Of a stretch of 64,000 nt of DNA, positions 54,683-64,000 are shown one piece after another (within the stretch, counting starts at the first letter, position 1; the number at the start of each line of letters is the position of its first letter). The notes beneath the pieces were generated by a model, which did no database searches, was not told the origin of the DNA, and saw nothing but the letters and a program-made list of their open reading frames with translations. The translations under genes and the position numbers were made by a program. The stretch lies in the NCBI GenBank assembly GCA_963844715.1, contig CAWJPJ010000008.1, positions 448,001 through 512,000 of the forward strand, given 5' to 3'. Source of the stretch: an uncultured Phycisphaerales bacterium (GTDB lineage: Bacteria > Planctomycetota > Phycisphaerae > Tepidisphaerales > Tepidisphaeraceae).

Positions 54683-56475
54683 ATGGAAGCCATCCGCACC
54701 CGATATCGTACTCACACTTGCGGCCAACTTCGCGATAGCGATGTGGGTCAGGCCGTCCAATTGGCTGGGTGGGTCCATTCCTATCGCGATCACGGGAATT
54801 TGGTGTTTGTGGACCTTCGCGATCGCGATGGCCTGACCCAACTGGTGTTGGACCCCGATCTTTGCGGAGAGGCCCACCACGACGAGGCCCGCAAGCTTCG
54901 CGGCGAATGGGTCATCAGCGTCAGCGGGGAAGTCTCGGCCCGCGCGGCGGATGCGATCAATCCGAAGCTGCCGACTGGGAAGATCGAGGTGCGGGTCAAG
55001 GATTTGACGGTGCTGAGCACGTCGCCGACGCCGCCCTTTTCGCCGGACGAGCATGAGACGGTTTCGGAAGAGAAGCGGCTGACGTATCGATATCTGGACC
55101 TCCGACGGGCCGTGATGCAGCAGACTCTGCGCATTCGCCACCGGGTCACCAAGATGATGCGGGATCATCTTTCGGATCAGGGATTCTGGGAGATCGAGAC
55201 GCCGTTTTTGACCAAGTCTACGCCGGAGGGGGCGCACGATTTTATTGTGCCGGCCAGGCTCATGCCGGGAAGTTTCTATGCCTTGCCGCAGTCGCCGCAA
55301 CTCTTCAAGCAATTGCTGATGGTCGCGGGGTGCGACAAATACATGCAGATCGTGCGCTGTTTCCGCGACGAGGACCCCCGCGCGGATCGGCAGGCGGAAT
55401 TCACGCAGCTCGACGTCGAGATGTCGTTCGTCGATCGGGAAAACGTGATCGCCGTCATCGAGGGTCTGCTGCGGCGGATTTGGAAGGAAATCCTCGGCAA
55501 GGAAATCCCCAACCCGATCCCACACATGGACTACGACCAGGCGATGAACGAGTACGGCTCGGATCGCCCGGACTTGCGCTTCGGAATGAAGCTGGCGGAC
55601 GTCACCGATCTGGGCCAGCGCACGGATTTTGGGGTGTTCAAGAATGCGGCGATGGTCAAGGCCATTGCCGTGCCCGGCGGCGGGAAACTGAGCCGGAAAG
55701 ATACGGACGCGCTTGCCGAATGGGCGAAGGGATTTGGCGCAAAAGGGCTGGCGGTGACGAAAGTCACGGCCAATGGGCCGGATACGGGTGTCGCCAAGTT
55801 CCTCGCGCCGATTGCGGCGGATTTGATCCAGCGCACGGGCGCGAAGGAGGGCGATCTCCTTTGCTTTGCAGCCGACAAGCCCAAAGTCGTGCACAAAGTT
55901 CTTGGCGAGCTTCGCCTGAAGATGGCGCCGATCTTAGTCTGACTCCATCGGCGGAATTCGCCTGGGTCTGGGTGGTCAACTTTCCGCTTCTGGAATGGGA
56001 TGAGGAGGAGAAGCGGTTTGTCAGCACGCATCATCCCTTCACGTCGCCGCTAGATGAGGACGTGTCGAAACTCGATAGCCGCGAGCAGGCGGTTGTCGAG
56101 TCGATCAAGGCCAAGGCTTATGACATCGTGGTCAACGGCAGCGAAGTCGGCGGGGGGTCGATCCGTATCCATCGCATGGATGTTCAGCAAAAGCTCTTTT
56201 CCTTGCTGGGCATCGACGACGCGGCACAAAAGCTGAAATTCGGATTCCTGCTCGATGCCCTGCACTATGGCGCTCCGCCGCACGGCGGGATCGCCCTGGG
56301 TGTCGATCGGCTGATCATGATTCTCCGCGGCATCCCCAACATCCGCGACGTCATCGCGTTCCCCAAAACTCAGAGCGGGGCCGATCTGATGTGCCAGGCG
56401 CCTAGCCCCGTCGATCAGCGGCAACTGAACGAAACGCACATTCGCGTCGTCTTGCCGCAGAAAAAAGAAGCCTGA
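54683..56475 (+). CDS. aspS: aspartate--tRNA ligase (indel near 55930)
   Basis: YRTHTCG, FYALPQSPQ.FKQ, FRDED.RADRQ, GGGSIRIH, PPHGG.A.G.DR. Confidence 0.97.
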
Positions 56476-56484
56476 TTCGAAATC

Positions 56485-57279
56485 ATGAGCTCCGATCCGC
56501 GCGACAAGGTCTATCACGATCTGATCGACCGCCAATTGGTCGAAGACGAGGCCAAAACGCGCGCCTCAGCGCATCAAATCTTCAAAGTCCTTTTCGAGTT
56601 CGTCCGGCCGCAATCCGTTCTTGACGTCGGCTGCGGCGTGGGGAGCTGCCTCAAAGCGGCGCAGGAGATCGGGGTCGCCGAAGTCCGCGGGATCGAAGGG
56701 AATTGGCTGGATCGCTCCAAACTCGTGGTTGATTCCGCCTTGGTGGAGACGCGCGATCTGGAACAGGGCTTTTCCCTGGGCCGGCGATTTGATCTGGTGA
56801 TCTGCCTGGAGGTGGCCGAACATCTCAGCCCGGAATCGGCCAATCGTTTTGTGGAGAATCTTTGCGCTCATGGCGATTTGGTTCTCTTTTCTGCTGCCAT
56901 TCCGTTCCAAGGCGGGCACCATCACCTGAACGAGCAATTCCCGGATTACTGGGCCGGGCTTTTTTCATCGCAGGGATTTCGATCCGTCGATCTGATCCGT
57001 CCGCGGATTTGGAACGACGAATCGGTCTGGTACTGGCTGAGGCAAAACACGATTCTTTTCGCGCACCAGCGCGTCCTGGATTCGAACGAAAAGCTCCGAC
57101 AGGAGTCCGAGCAAAGCCGACCCCTGAACCTGGTGCACCCCTTTTATTACCTGGTGCGGATGAACGAAGTGAAGAAAATCACCGATCAGCACAACGCGAT
57201 AATCAACGTCCTGAAAACCGGCGGGGTCTTCGACGTCACACCCCTGCCGGACGGCAAGGTGAGGATTACCAAGCGCTAA
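56485..57279 (+). CDS. class I SAM-dependent methyltransferase
   Basis: LDVGCG.G, CLEVAEH, HLNEQ..YW. Confidence 0.9.
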   Translation: MSSDPRDKVYHDLIDRQLVEDEAKTRASAHQIFKVLFEFVRPQSVLDVGCGVGSCLKAAQEIGVAEVRGIEGNWLDRSKLVVDSALVETRDLEQGFSLGRRFDLVICLEVAEHLSPESANRFVENLCAHGDLVLFSAAIPFQGGHHHLNEQFPDYWAGLFSSQGFRSVDLIRPRIWNDESVWYWLRQNTILFAHQRVLDSNEKLRQESEQSRPLNLVHPFYYLVRMNEVKKITDQHNAIINVLKTGGVFDVTPLPDGKVRITKR

Positions 57280-57359
57280 CGATCTTGCAGCCGCGCAAGG
57301 GCGCTCCGGGGTCGCCTCCTGTTGCAATTGCAGCGGCAAAGCTCACAATCCATTCCGGT

Positions 57360-58860
57360 ATGATTCGTACGAAGATCGTCGCCACCATGGGTCCAGCGTG
57401 TGGCGACGTGGAGATGCTGTACTCGCTGTTTCAGGCCGGGGTTGACGTCTGCCGGCTGAATTTCTCGCACGGGGACCTGGACGCCCATTTGCAGATGCTT
57501 CGGAACATTCGCGAAGCCGCGGCGCGGTGGGACCAGCCGATCGCTGTTTTGGGGGATTTGTGCGGACCGAAAATCCGGCTGGGGAAGATTGCCGACGTGG
57601 ACGGGACCGGCGGCCTGTCAATCAACTCGGGTGAGCAACTCATCATTCAGCGCCGCGATATTCCGGGCGCCGGCAAGCGCGTCACCAGCATCTATGCCCA
57701 TCTTGTCGACGATGTGCAGGTCGGTCATCGCGTCCTGATCGAGGACGGCCTGCTCCGCTTCATTTGCACGGAAAAGAATTCCAACGAGGTGAAATGCAAC
57801 TGCACAGTCGGCGGGATTCTTCGCAGCTCCAAGGGAATCAACCTTCCCGACACAAGCGTGAATATCGCGTCGATCACCGATCGCGATTGGGAATGCGTGG
57901 ACTGGGCGGTGGAGAACGATCTGGATTATCTGGCCCTCTCCTTTGTCAGGAAGCCGGAGGATCTGCAATTGCTCCGGGAGCATTTGCGGAACAAGGAGAG
58001 CGACATCCACCTGATCGCGAAGATCGAAAAGTCCGAGGCCCTGGATCACATCGAGGCGATAGTTGAATCGAGCGACGGCCTGATGATCGCCCGGGGCGAT
58101 CTGGGCGTGGAACTGGACATCGCCCGGGTACCGATCATTCAAAAAGACCTAATCCGCCGCTGCCAGACCTCGGGCAAGCCGGTGATCGTCGCCACGCAGA
58201 TGCTGCAGACGATGATCGAGCAGGCCAGTCCCACTCGCGCGGAAGTCAGCGACGTCGCCAACGCGATTTTTGACGGGACCGACGCGGTGATGCTGAGCGG
58301 GGAGACGTCGGTGGGCAAATTCCCGCTGGGATCGGTGCATATGATGTCGCACGTGGCGGGCGTGACGGAGGATTATTTGATCGCCTCGCGGTCGGCGCAG
58401 GCGACGCTTCCCCAGCCGGGCTCGCCGACGCTGCGATTTTCGGTGGCGGTGGCGCCGCGGGGTGAGGCAGATCGTCGCCGATCTGAAGGTAAAGCTGGTG
58501 GTGATCTGGAGCCAGACGGGAGCGACGGCGCGGATTTTTTCCAAGAGCCGGTTTCCGGTTCCGCTGGTGGCGCTGTCCAGCGACCATCGAGCGCTGCGGC
58601 GGGCGGCGCTGCATTATGGCGTGATTCCCTTCGAAATGGCGCCGCCGCAAACGATGCTCGATCTGGTTGAAGGCGTGGACAACATGGTTCGCACGCGCAA
58701 ATTTGCCACGCCGGGCGACCGCATTGTGATCGTCACCGGGGCGGCCCTGGGGACGCCGGGGACGATGAACGGCATTGTGATTCACACGGTGGGCGAGAGA
58801 TGGAGCGGGCAGGTTGAGAACGACCTCCCCGCCGCCGCGACGGAATCAGGATGGTCATGA
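57360..58860 (+). CDS. pyk: pyruvate kinase (indel near 58455)
   Basis: RTKIVAT.GP, RLNFSHG, AKIE, ARGDLG, ATQML, DAVMLSGET. Confidence 0.97.
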
Positions 58861-59501
58861 ACGCTCGCGTTGGTCTGCTTCTGGTGTTGCTGCTGGCGCC
58901 GCTTGGATGCGCCTCGGAGCCGGAAGGGGTTTCGATATCCCGGTCCGGGCCGGAGCGAACGATGGCCGCCGACATTCCCCCCGAGCAGGCGACCGCCACG
59001 TATTGGCTGGGGCAACCGACGCATGCTTCGGTGATGGGGTTCGATTTCAATAAATTATGCGATGCCTGTCTGGACGCGGCCAGGGACGAGCAGTTTACCA
59101 TCGACCGGACGGATTACCGCGACGGCCTGATCACGACACGTCCGCAAATCTCCCCGCAATTTTTCGAATTCTGGCGCCGCGACGCCGGGAGCTTTACGGA
59201 CGTCATTCAAAGCTCCTTGCAGACGATTCGCCGGACGATTCGCTTTGAGCTTTCGCGTTCCGAGGACGGCCTGTTTACGGCCCGGCCGAAGGTGCTCGTC
59301 GAAAAGTTATCGATCGTCCAGCGGCGGATCACCTCGGTGGCGCAATATCGTTATGTGTTTTCACCGCTCAGCACGGATGCGACATTCACGACGTCTGAGG
59401 GGAAAAGCGTGCCGACGCGATATTGGTACGCGATCGGGCGCGACGAAGCGATGGAACGGCAGCTCGCCGACGCGGTCGCCAGAAAACTGCGGGACGACTG
59501 A
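58857..59501 (+). CDS. hypothetical lipoprotein
   Basis: Lipobox-like PLGC after a hydrophobic stretch. Confidence 0.7.
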   Translation: MNARVGLLLVLLLAPLGCASEPEGVSISRSGPERTMAADIPPEQATATYWLGQPTHASVMGFDFNKLCDACLDAARDEQFTIDRTDYRDGLITTRPQISPQFFEFWRRDAGSFTDVIQSSLQTIRRTIRFELSRSEDGLFTARPKVLVEKLSIVQRRITSVAQYRYVFSPLSTDATFTTSEGKSVPTRYWYAIGRDEAMERQLADAVARKLRDD

Positions 59502-59502
59502 A

Positions 59503-60294
59503 TTATTCGTAAAGAACCAGCGGCCTGGGCGGAGAGATAAGGCCGTATTCGCTTGCCAGGCGGTGAAAGAGTTCGATAGCCGCCAATTGCACGGGGCCGA
59601 CATCGTACTTGAGATGCTCGGCCAAATACCGGCGGGCCAGGTCGGGTGGCCAGCCGCGGGCAGCGGCGTGCTCGGCGACGATCGATTCCAAATTGGCCCG
59701 GCCCGCTTGTTTCGCCTGCTCCAGTCGGATCGGCAGGTCTCCCAAATCGACCCCGGCACGTGCGGTCCAGACGGCAAAAACGAACGGCATCCCGGTCAAT
59801 TCCTTCCAGGCTTCTCCAAGATCCATCTGATGCTCCATCCCGGGCGGATCGGTGATGACCTTATCCCCGATGAGGAGCACTGCGACTACCGTTTGGGTTT
59901 TCGCGCGGTCGGTTGAGGTCCAGAATCTTCGGCACAAGTTCCATTTCTGCTTCAAAATTATTTGCGCCAGCACCACGGAGGTGTGGCTTTCGACGTCGCA
60001 CGCGAGCGATTCGATTTTGGACAGCGGCGAAGGGCTAAAGATGCGAACGGTCAGAGTCGGTCCATCCGAGCCGATGCCGCCGCTGGGAACAACCTTCAAG
60101 CCGGCCAATCGCTGGTAATCGATTACGGGCAATAGCGCCACGTCGCAGCGTTGGTGGCGCAAGCCATCGAGGAGACGGGCGGGAACGTCGAGGACCATTT
60201 CGATGTCGGGATCGTGGTCCAAATCGTAAATCAGAGGTTTGGCGTTCAGATAGCTGACGCTGCCAATGCGCAGAATCTTCCTCGTTTGATCCAC
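59503..60294 (-). CDS. mqnA: chorismate dehydratase (futalosine pathway)
   Basis: SYLNAKPL, SHTSV.L, LLIGD, DLGEAW..LTG.PFVFAVW. Confidence 0.9.
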   Translation of the reverse strand: MDQTRKILRIGSVSYLNAKPLIYDLDHDPDIEMVLDVPARLLDGLRHQRCDVALLPVIDYQRLAGLKVVPSGGIGSDGPTLTVRIFSPSPLSKIESLACDVESHTSVVLAQIILKQKWNLCRRFWTSTDRAKTQTVVAVLLIGDKVITDPPGMEHQMDLGEAWKELTGMPFVFAVWTARAGVDLGDLPIRLEQAKQAGRANLESIVAEHAAARGWPPDLARRYLAEHLKYDVGPVQLAAIELFHRLASEYGLISPPRPLVLYE

Positions 60295-60354
60295 GGCAAG
60301 ACCATAGCGAAAGGCGGAAGATTTGTGGAGATGCCAAGTATCGATTGCGGTGAA

Positions 60355-61499
60355 TTATTGCGGGGGAGACGCGGAGGCCTTGGAAGCGAGCCGTCGCCAG
60401 CGGGTTGGCGTCAGGCCGGTCGCCTGCTTGAATCGGCTGGTGAAATGGCTCTGATGCGCAAATCCGCACAATCGCGAGATTTCCACAAGATCCTTCTCTC
60501 CGGCGACCAAAAATATCTTCGCGCCAGCAGATTTGCCACTCGAGCAGAAAATGCTTTGGCGTGATCCCCAGGAGTTCGCTGAACCGGCGATGGAAATGAA
60601 AGGGGCTTAAATGCACGGTCTTGGCGATTTCATCCAGCGATGGGCCGCGCGAAATGCTCGCGCATGAACTGAACGGCGGGGATGAGGCGGGAAATCTCGC
60701 TGTCGGCGGCAAAATCCGCGGCCCGCAATACTTGCCAGTCCCAGGGATCAGGCTGAAGACAATAAAAGAGAATCGGGCCCTTGCCCAGCGCCGGATAGCG
60801 CTGGCAAAGGACGACATGAAACGCCCGCAATTCTCCATTTGAATCGGCGACGCTGAAGCGATTGCCCGGCTCGGCGCTGTCGAACGATTTAAAGCGCTCG
60901 CGCGCATCCTGGAGGACCTGGTCGAGCACGCGCGGGCCCACGCCGGTGCCTCCGACCGGTAATACGGCGCGGAGGTTGGAGTCGAAGGCAAAAAGCCTGC
61001 CGGTCGGCCGGTGCATCCACGCCGGCGGTTTGGGGTAGGCGGGCTCGGCGCGGCTTAACCGTTGCGAGGCGGCGATCTGCTGGGCCTGCTTGCCGAAATG
61101 ATCGAGTGATTGCATTTCCGCGTCGGTAAAATCCCCAAGGTCGGGTGAGCGATAGACCTGAAGCGCACCGGGATATCCGCCGAAGATGGGGGATTCGACC
61201 GGCACGGCCGCGGCGAAGCCGAATCGGCCCGACTGCATCAATCCGGTGTAGAAATTGGATGCCTCGAATTGTCCGTCGGCCCAGGCGTCGCGCGCCGGAC
61301 GGCGCGACGCTCGGCGATGGCGCGCCAAGTCATGGCATCTTCAAGATGCCAATCGCGCCGCGTAGCCCCTAAGCAGATCTTCGCGCACCGTCCCCGGCTG
61401 CACGACCTGAAGCCCCCCCCGAGGCATGGATGTCACAATCCATGCATCCGACAAACGTACGCTTTTTGCTAAGGTCTCAAAAAATGGACGATATGCCAC
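60355..61499 (-). CDS. AraC family transcriptional regulator (several indels)
   Basis: GAGGAG RBS before GTG 61499; LSPFHFHRRF, CGFAHQSHFTSRFKQATG. Confidence 0.85.
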
Positions 61500-62167
61500 G
61501 TCTCCTCGGCAGTTCAGAACGCCCTAGGGTCGTTCGCTTACATAATGATTTCTGTGCCATAGCTCACCGATTATCTCGCAGGCGAGCCACACATATCGTG
61601 ATCAGAACTACTCACTTTCATCCAATTTGGATGGAAATAATTTGATCTCGACACAATTGGAGACCGAGGCAATTTGTTAACGTACAACATCATATGTGTC
61701 AACATATTTATGACCTAACACAAACAATCACAATAATTTATAAATCGTGGTCTCTTAACAAACCATTCATATCTAAAACAATCCACTGTTGTTTTGTGCA
61801 ATTATAGAGTGCAGAAAGTCAAATTGCACGTGCATGCACAGTGCTGCAGTTTTGGGGTTTTCGGAGAGCGGTGTTGCGTCGGGGAGACGCAGGTCAATCG
61901 AATGAGGTGCTCAGGCGACAGACGGAATAAACGGACTCAACTGGCGCGGGTCACGCATCACGTATCTCAAGGCTGGCGCGGGGGCTGGCTCAATTTCCGA
62001 TCGGCGGCACGGCACTTGTATACTCTGACCGCTAAGGAAATTCCCCATGCTGGCGCAGACTCACAAGTTCTCTGTTCTGGGACAAAAAGATCCGCATCGC
62101 GATCCTCGCTTTGGCGAGCTATCTGGCGATGTGCTAGATCGAAGTCCAAGACCTCGGCCTCGTCCAA

Positions 62168-62692
62168 TCACCCATGATCCGAACTGCTCCGCTTGCCGCT
62201 TGCTTTGGCTTCCGGGCTTACCCCAAAGATGTGGAATTGGTGTGAAAGCGGCTCGTACCCGTGCTCGCGGCAAATTTCGTCGCGCAGCTTTTTGAGCTTA
62301 TCGCTGTTGAATTCGATGACCTTCCCCGTATCGACGCAGATCAGATAATCGTACGCCTGCCTGCCCGCGATCACTTCGTAGTAGGACTGCTTGTTGTCGA
62401 AAAATACCTGCTTGAGCACGCCGGCGTCCTGAAGATGGGCGAGCGTTCGATAGACGGTGGCGCGGCTGACGCGATGGCCCAGTTCCCTCAGATGGATCGC
62501 CAATTGATCCGCCTCGAAGAGCCCGGTTTGCCGCAGGACCGCGTCGAGAATCATCGCGCACTCGGGAGTGAACTTCAGTTTCTCGCCATGCAAATAGCGG
62601 CGGAAAACCGCACATACCGGCTCGTAGGGCAAGGCGGATCGACCTGAGGGAACCTTGGGAAGATTAGGCAGAATGTGGCTGCCGGAGGACAT
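62168..62692 (-). CDS. fur: Fur family transcriptional regulator
   Basis: VSRATVYRTL, LIC.DTGKVIEF. Confidence 0.9.
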   Translation of the reverse strand: MSSGSHILPNLPKVPSGRSALPYEPVCAVFRRYLHGEKLKFTPECAMILDAVLRQTGLFEADQLAIHLRELGHRVSRATVYRTLAHLQDAGVLKQVFFDNKQSYYEVIAGRQAYDYLICVDTGKVIEFNSDKLKKLRDEICREHGYEPLSHQFHIFGVSPEAKASGKRSSSDHG

Positions 62693-62732
62693 GATTTCAG
62701 TTTAGCCTTGCTTGAAGGGTTTGGCCAATTGG

Positions 62733-62862
62733 CGCGAAAACCAGAAACCCGGACCCAGAATGTCGAATCAATGCCCGAATGCTCAAATGACGGGAAAGCC
62801 CTTTCGCTCATTCGGATTTCGGGCTTGATTCTGGTTTCTAGTTTCGGATTTCTGGTTTCCGC
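62733..62862. repeat. imperfect palindrome of about 130 bp built of GAAACCM heptamers
   Basis: AAACCAGAAACCCGG...AATGAC / TCATTCGG...TTTCGGATTTCTGGTTT. Confidence 0.85.
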
Positions 62863-62864
62863 AA

Positions 62865-63176
62865 CTAGCGGGTCAGGTTTCTTCCCGCCAGCGCTCGTGC
62901 GATGGTGGCGGGCGAGTTGGGGACGGAATTGGGGCCGTGGTCGTCGATGAGTTGGGCGGTGAGGCGGCGGTTTCCCTCGACCAGGGGCTTGCCGATGATC
63001 TGGGCGATCTGGTTGACCTCGTCCTGCTTGGCGGAGAGCTTCTTCTCCATCTCCTGGAGTTCCAGCTCGATCTGCTGGTATTCCCTGAGGGAAGCGGCGT
63101 ACAAATCCTCCCCTTCCGCGATCCACTCGGCAATGGACTTGGCCACGGTATTTACCTCCAAAATCCCCATGATCAT
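62865..63176 (-). CDS. hypothetical coiled-coil protein
   Basis: Heptad-rich helix, typical codon usage. Confidence 0.7.
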   Translation of the reverse strand: MIMGILEVNTVAKSIAEWIAEGEDLYAASLREYQQIELELQEMEKKLSAKQDEVNQIAQIIGKPLVEGNRRLTAQLIDDHGPNSVPNSPATIARALAGRNLTR

Positions 63177-63255
63177 GGTACATCCTGACTGTCGTCTAAT
63201 CCTGTGGGGACCATGACTAATTTAACTATTTTTGGCGTCCTATAAAACGGGAAAA

Positions 63256-63377
63256 GAAACCCGAAACCAGAAACTCGAATCCCGAATCAAACCAGAATGT
63301 CCGAATGACGAAACGACTTTTCGGTCATTTGGACATTCTGGTTTGGTTCTGGTTTCGGGTTTCGGATTTCTGGTTTC
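63256..63377. repeat. second copy of the GAAACCM heptamer palindrome
   Basis: GAAACCCGAAACCAGAAACTCGAATCCCGAATC...AATGAC / GTCATT...GGTTTCGGGTTTCGGATTTCTGGTTTC. Confidence 0.88.
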
Positions 63378-63415
63378 GCTTGACGCCGCTGCCTCTGGCC
63401 GCGAGATTCCCGCGC

Positions 63416-64000
63416 ATGGGCCGGTCTCGTGTGGGTGAAATCGCTCGCTACTTTACGCGGCTGGGTTTGACGGCCTTTGGCGGGCCGGCTGTGCATATTG
63501 CGATGATGGAAGAGGAATTGGTGGGCCGGCGGAACTGGCTCGACCGCCGGCAATTCCTGGATCTGGTCGCGCTGATCAACTGCATTCCGGGGCCGAATTC
63601 GACGCAATTGGCGATCGCTCTTGGGCGGCATCGCGGGGGTTGGCGCGGGCTGCTGGCGGCGGGGGCGTGCTTTATCTTGCCGGCCGTCATCATCATTCTG
63701 CCGATCGCCTGGCTGTATGTGACGTATCGGCGGCTTCCGAGCGTCACGGGGATGCTCCGGGGGATCGACGCGGCGGTCGTGGCGATTGTGATCATTGCCG
63801 TGGCGCGGTTCGCGCGATCGGCGGTTCGCAATCCTTTTGCGGCGGTGGTCGTGGGGTTGGCTTTTGCCGCGGAAATCGCCGCGCGGCATTTCAGATTTCC
63901 GATGGGGGATCTGGCGATCTTGGTCCTGGCTGGTGTTCTTGGCGCGAGCCGTTCGGCAAAACTGCGCATGGCCGCGCTCAATCCTCTGCTTCCGCTGATC
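63416..64000 (+). CDS. chrA: chromate efflux transporter (partial, runs off window)
   Basis: Manual translation: LG.TAFGGPAVHIAMMEEELV.RR.W, IPGPNSTQ, AGACFILP. Confidence 0.92.
   Translation, partial: MGRSRVGEIARYFTRLGLTAFGGPAVHIAMMEEELVGRRNWLDRRQFLDLVALINCIPGPNSTQLAIALGRHRGGWRGLLAAGACFILPAVIIILPIAWLYVTYRRLPSVTGMLRGIDAAVVAIVIIAVARFARSAVRNPFAAVVVGLAFAAEIAARHFRFPMGDLAILVLAGVLGASRSAKLRMAALNPLLPLI

Noticed and set aside
61967..62167. 66-aa ORF downstream of fur
   Set aside because: TTG start, no recognisable motif or clear coding signature
62733..63377. CRISPR array
   Set aside because: Repeats are tandem heptamer palindromes with no repeat-spacer structure and no cas genes

Overview
High-GC chromosomal window from a planctomycete; the 16S sequence and gene content fit Phycisphaerae best (inference). 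It is mostly housekeeping genes: ribF, hpf-ptsN-ptsH-ptsI-rne, guaA, an aspartate aminotransferase, tyrS, nadB, nuoC, murG, kdsD, scpA, prfB, aspS, pyk, mqnA and fur. It also holds a stand-alone 16S rRNA gene with no linked tRNA or 23S, four IS elements that all sit at CTAG (one partial IS630, two near-identical inverted IS5 copies, one other IS5-like), and four small toxin-antitoxin-like modules. Many genes, including essential ones, carry single-base indels, most likely long-read consensus errors. The most interesting signal is a family of inverted heptamer-repeat arms. They flank an IVP/Avd-like four-helix-bundle gene inside the PTS operon and also occur as an empty hairpin that was later split by IS5. 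Related heptamer palindromes lie near fur. Other notable items are a REP-like doublet translated in frame inside an oxidoreductase and a promoter-short ORF-terminator unit directly upstream of the rRNA promoter.
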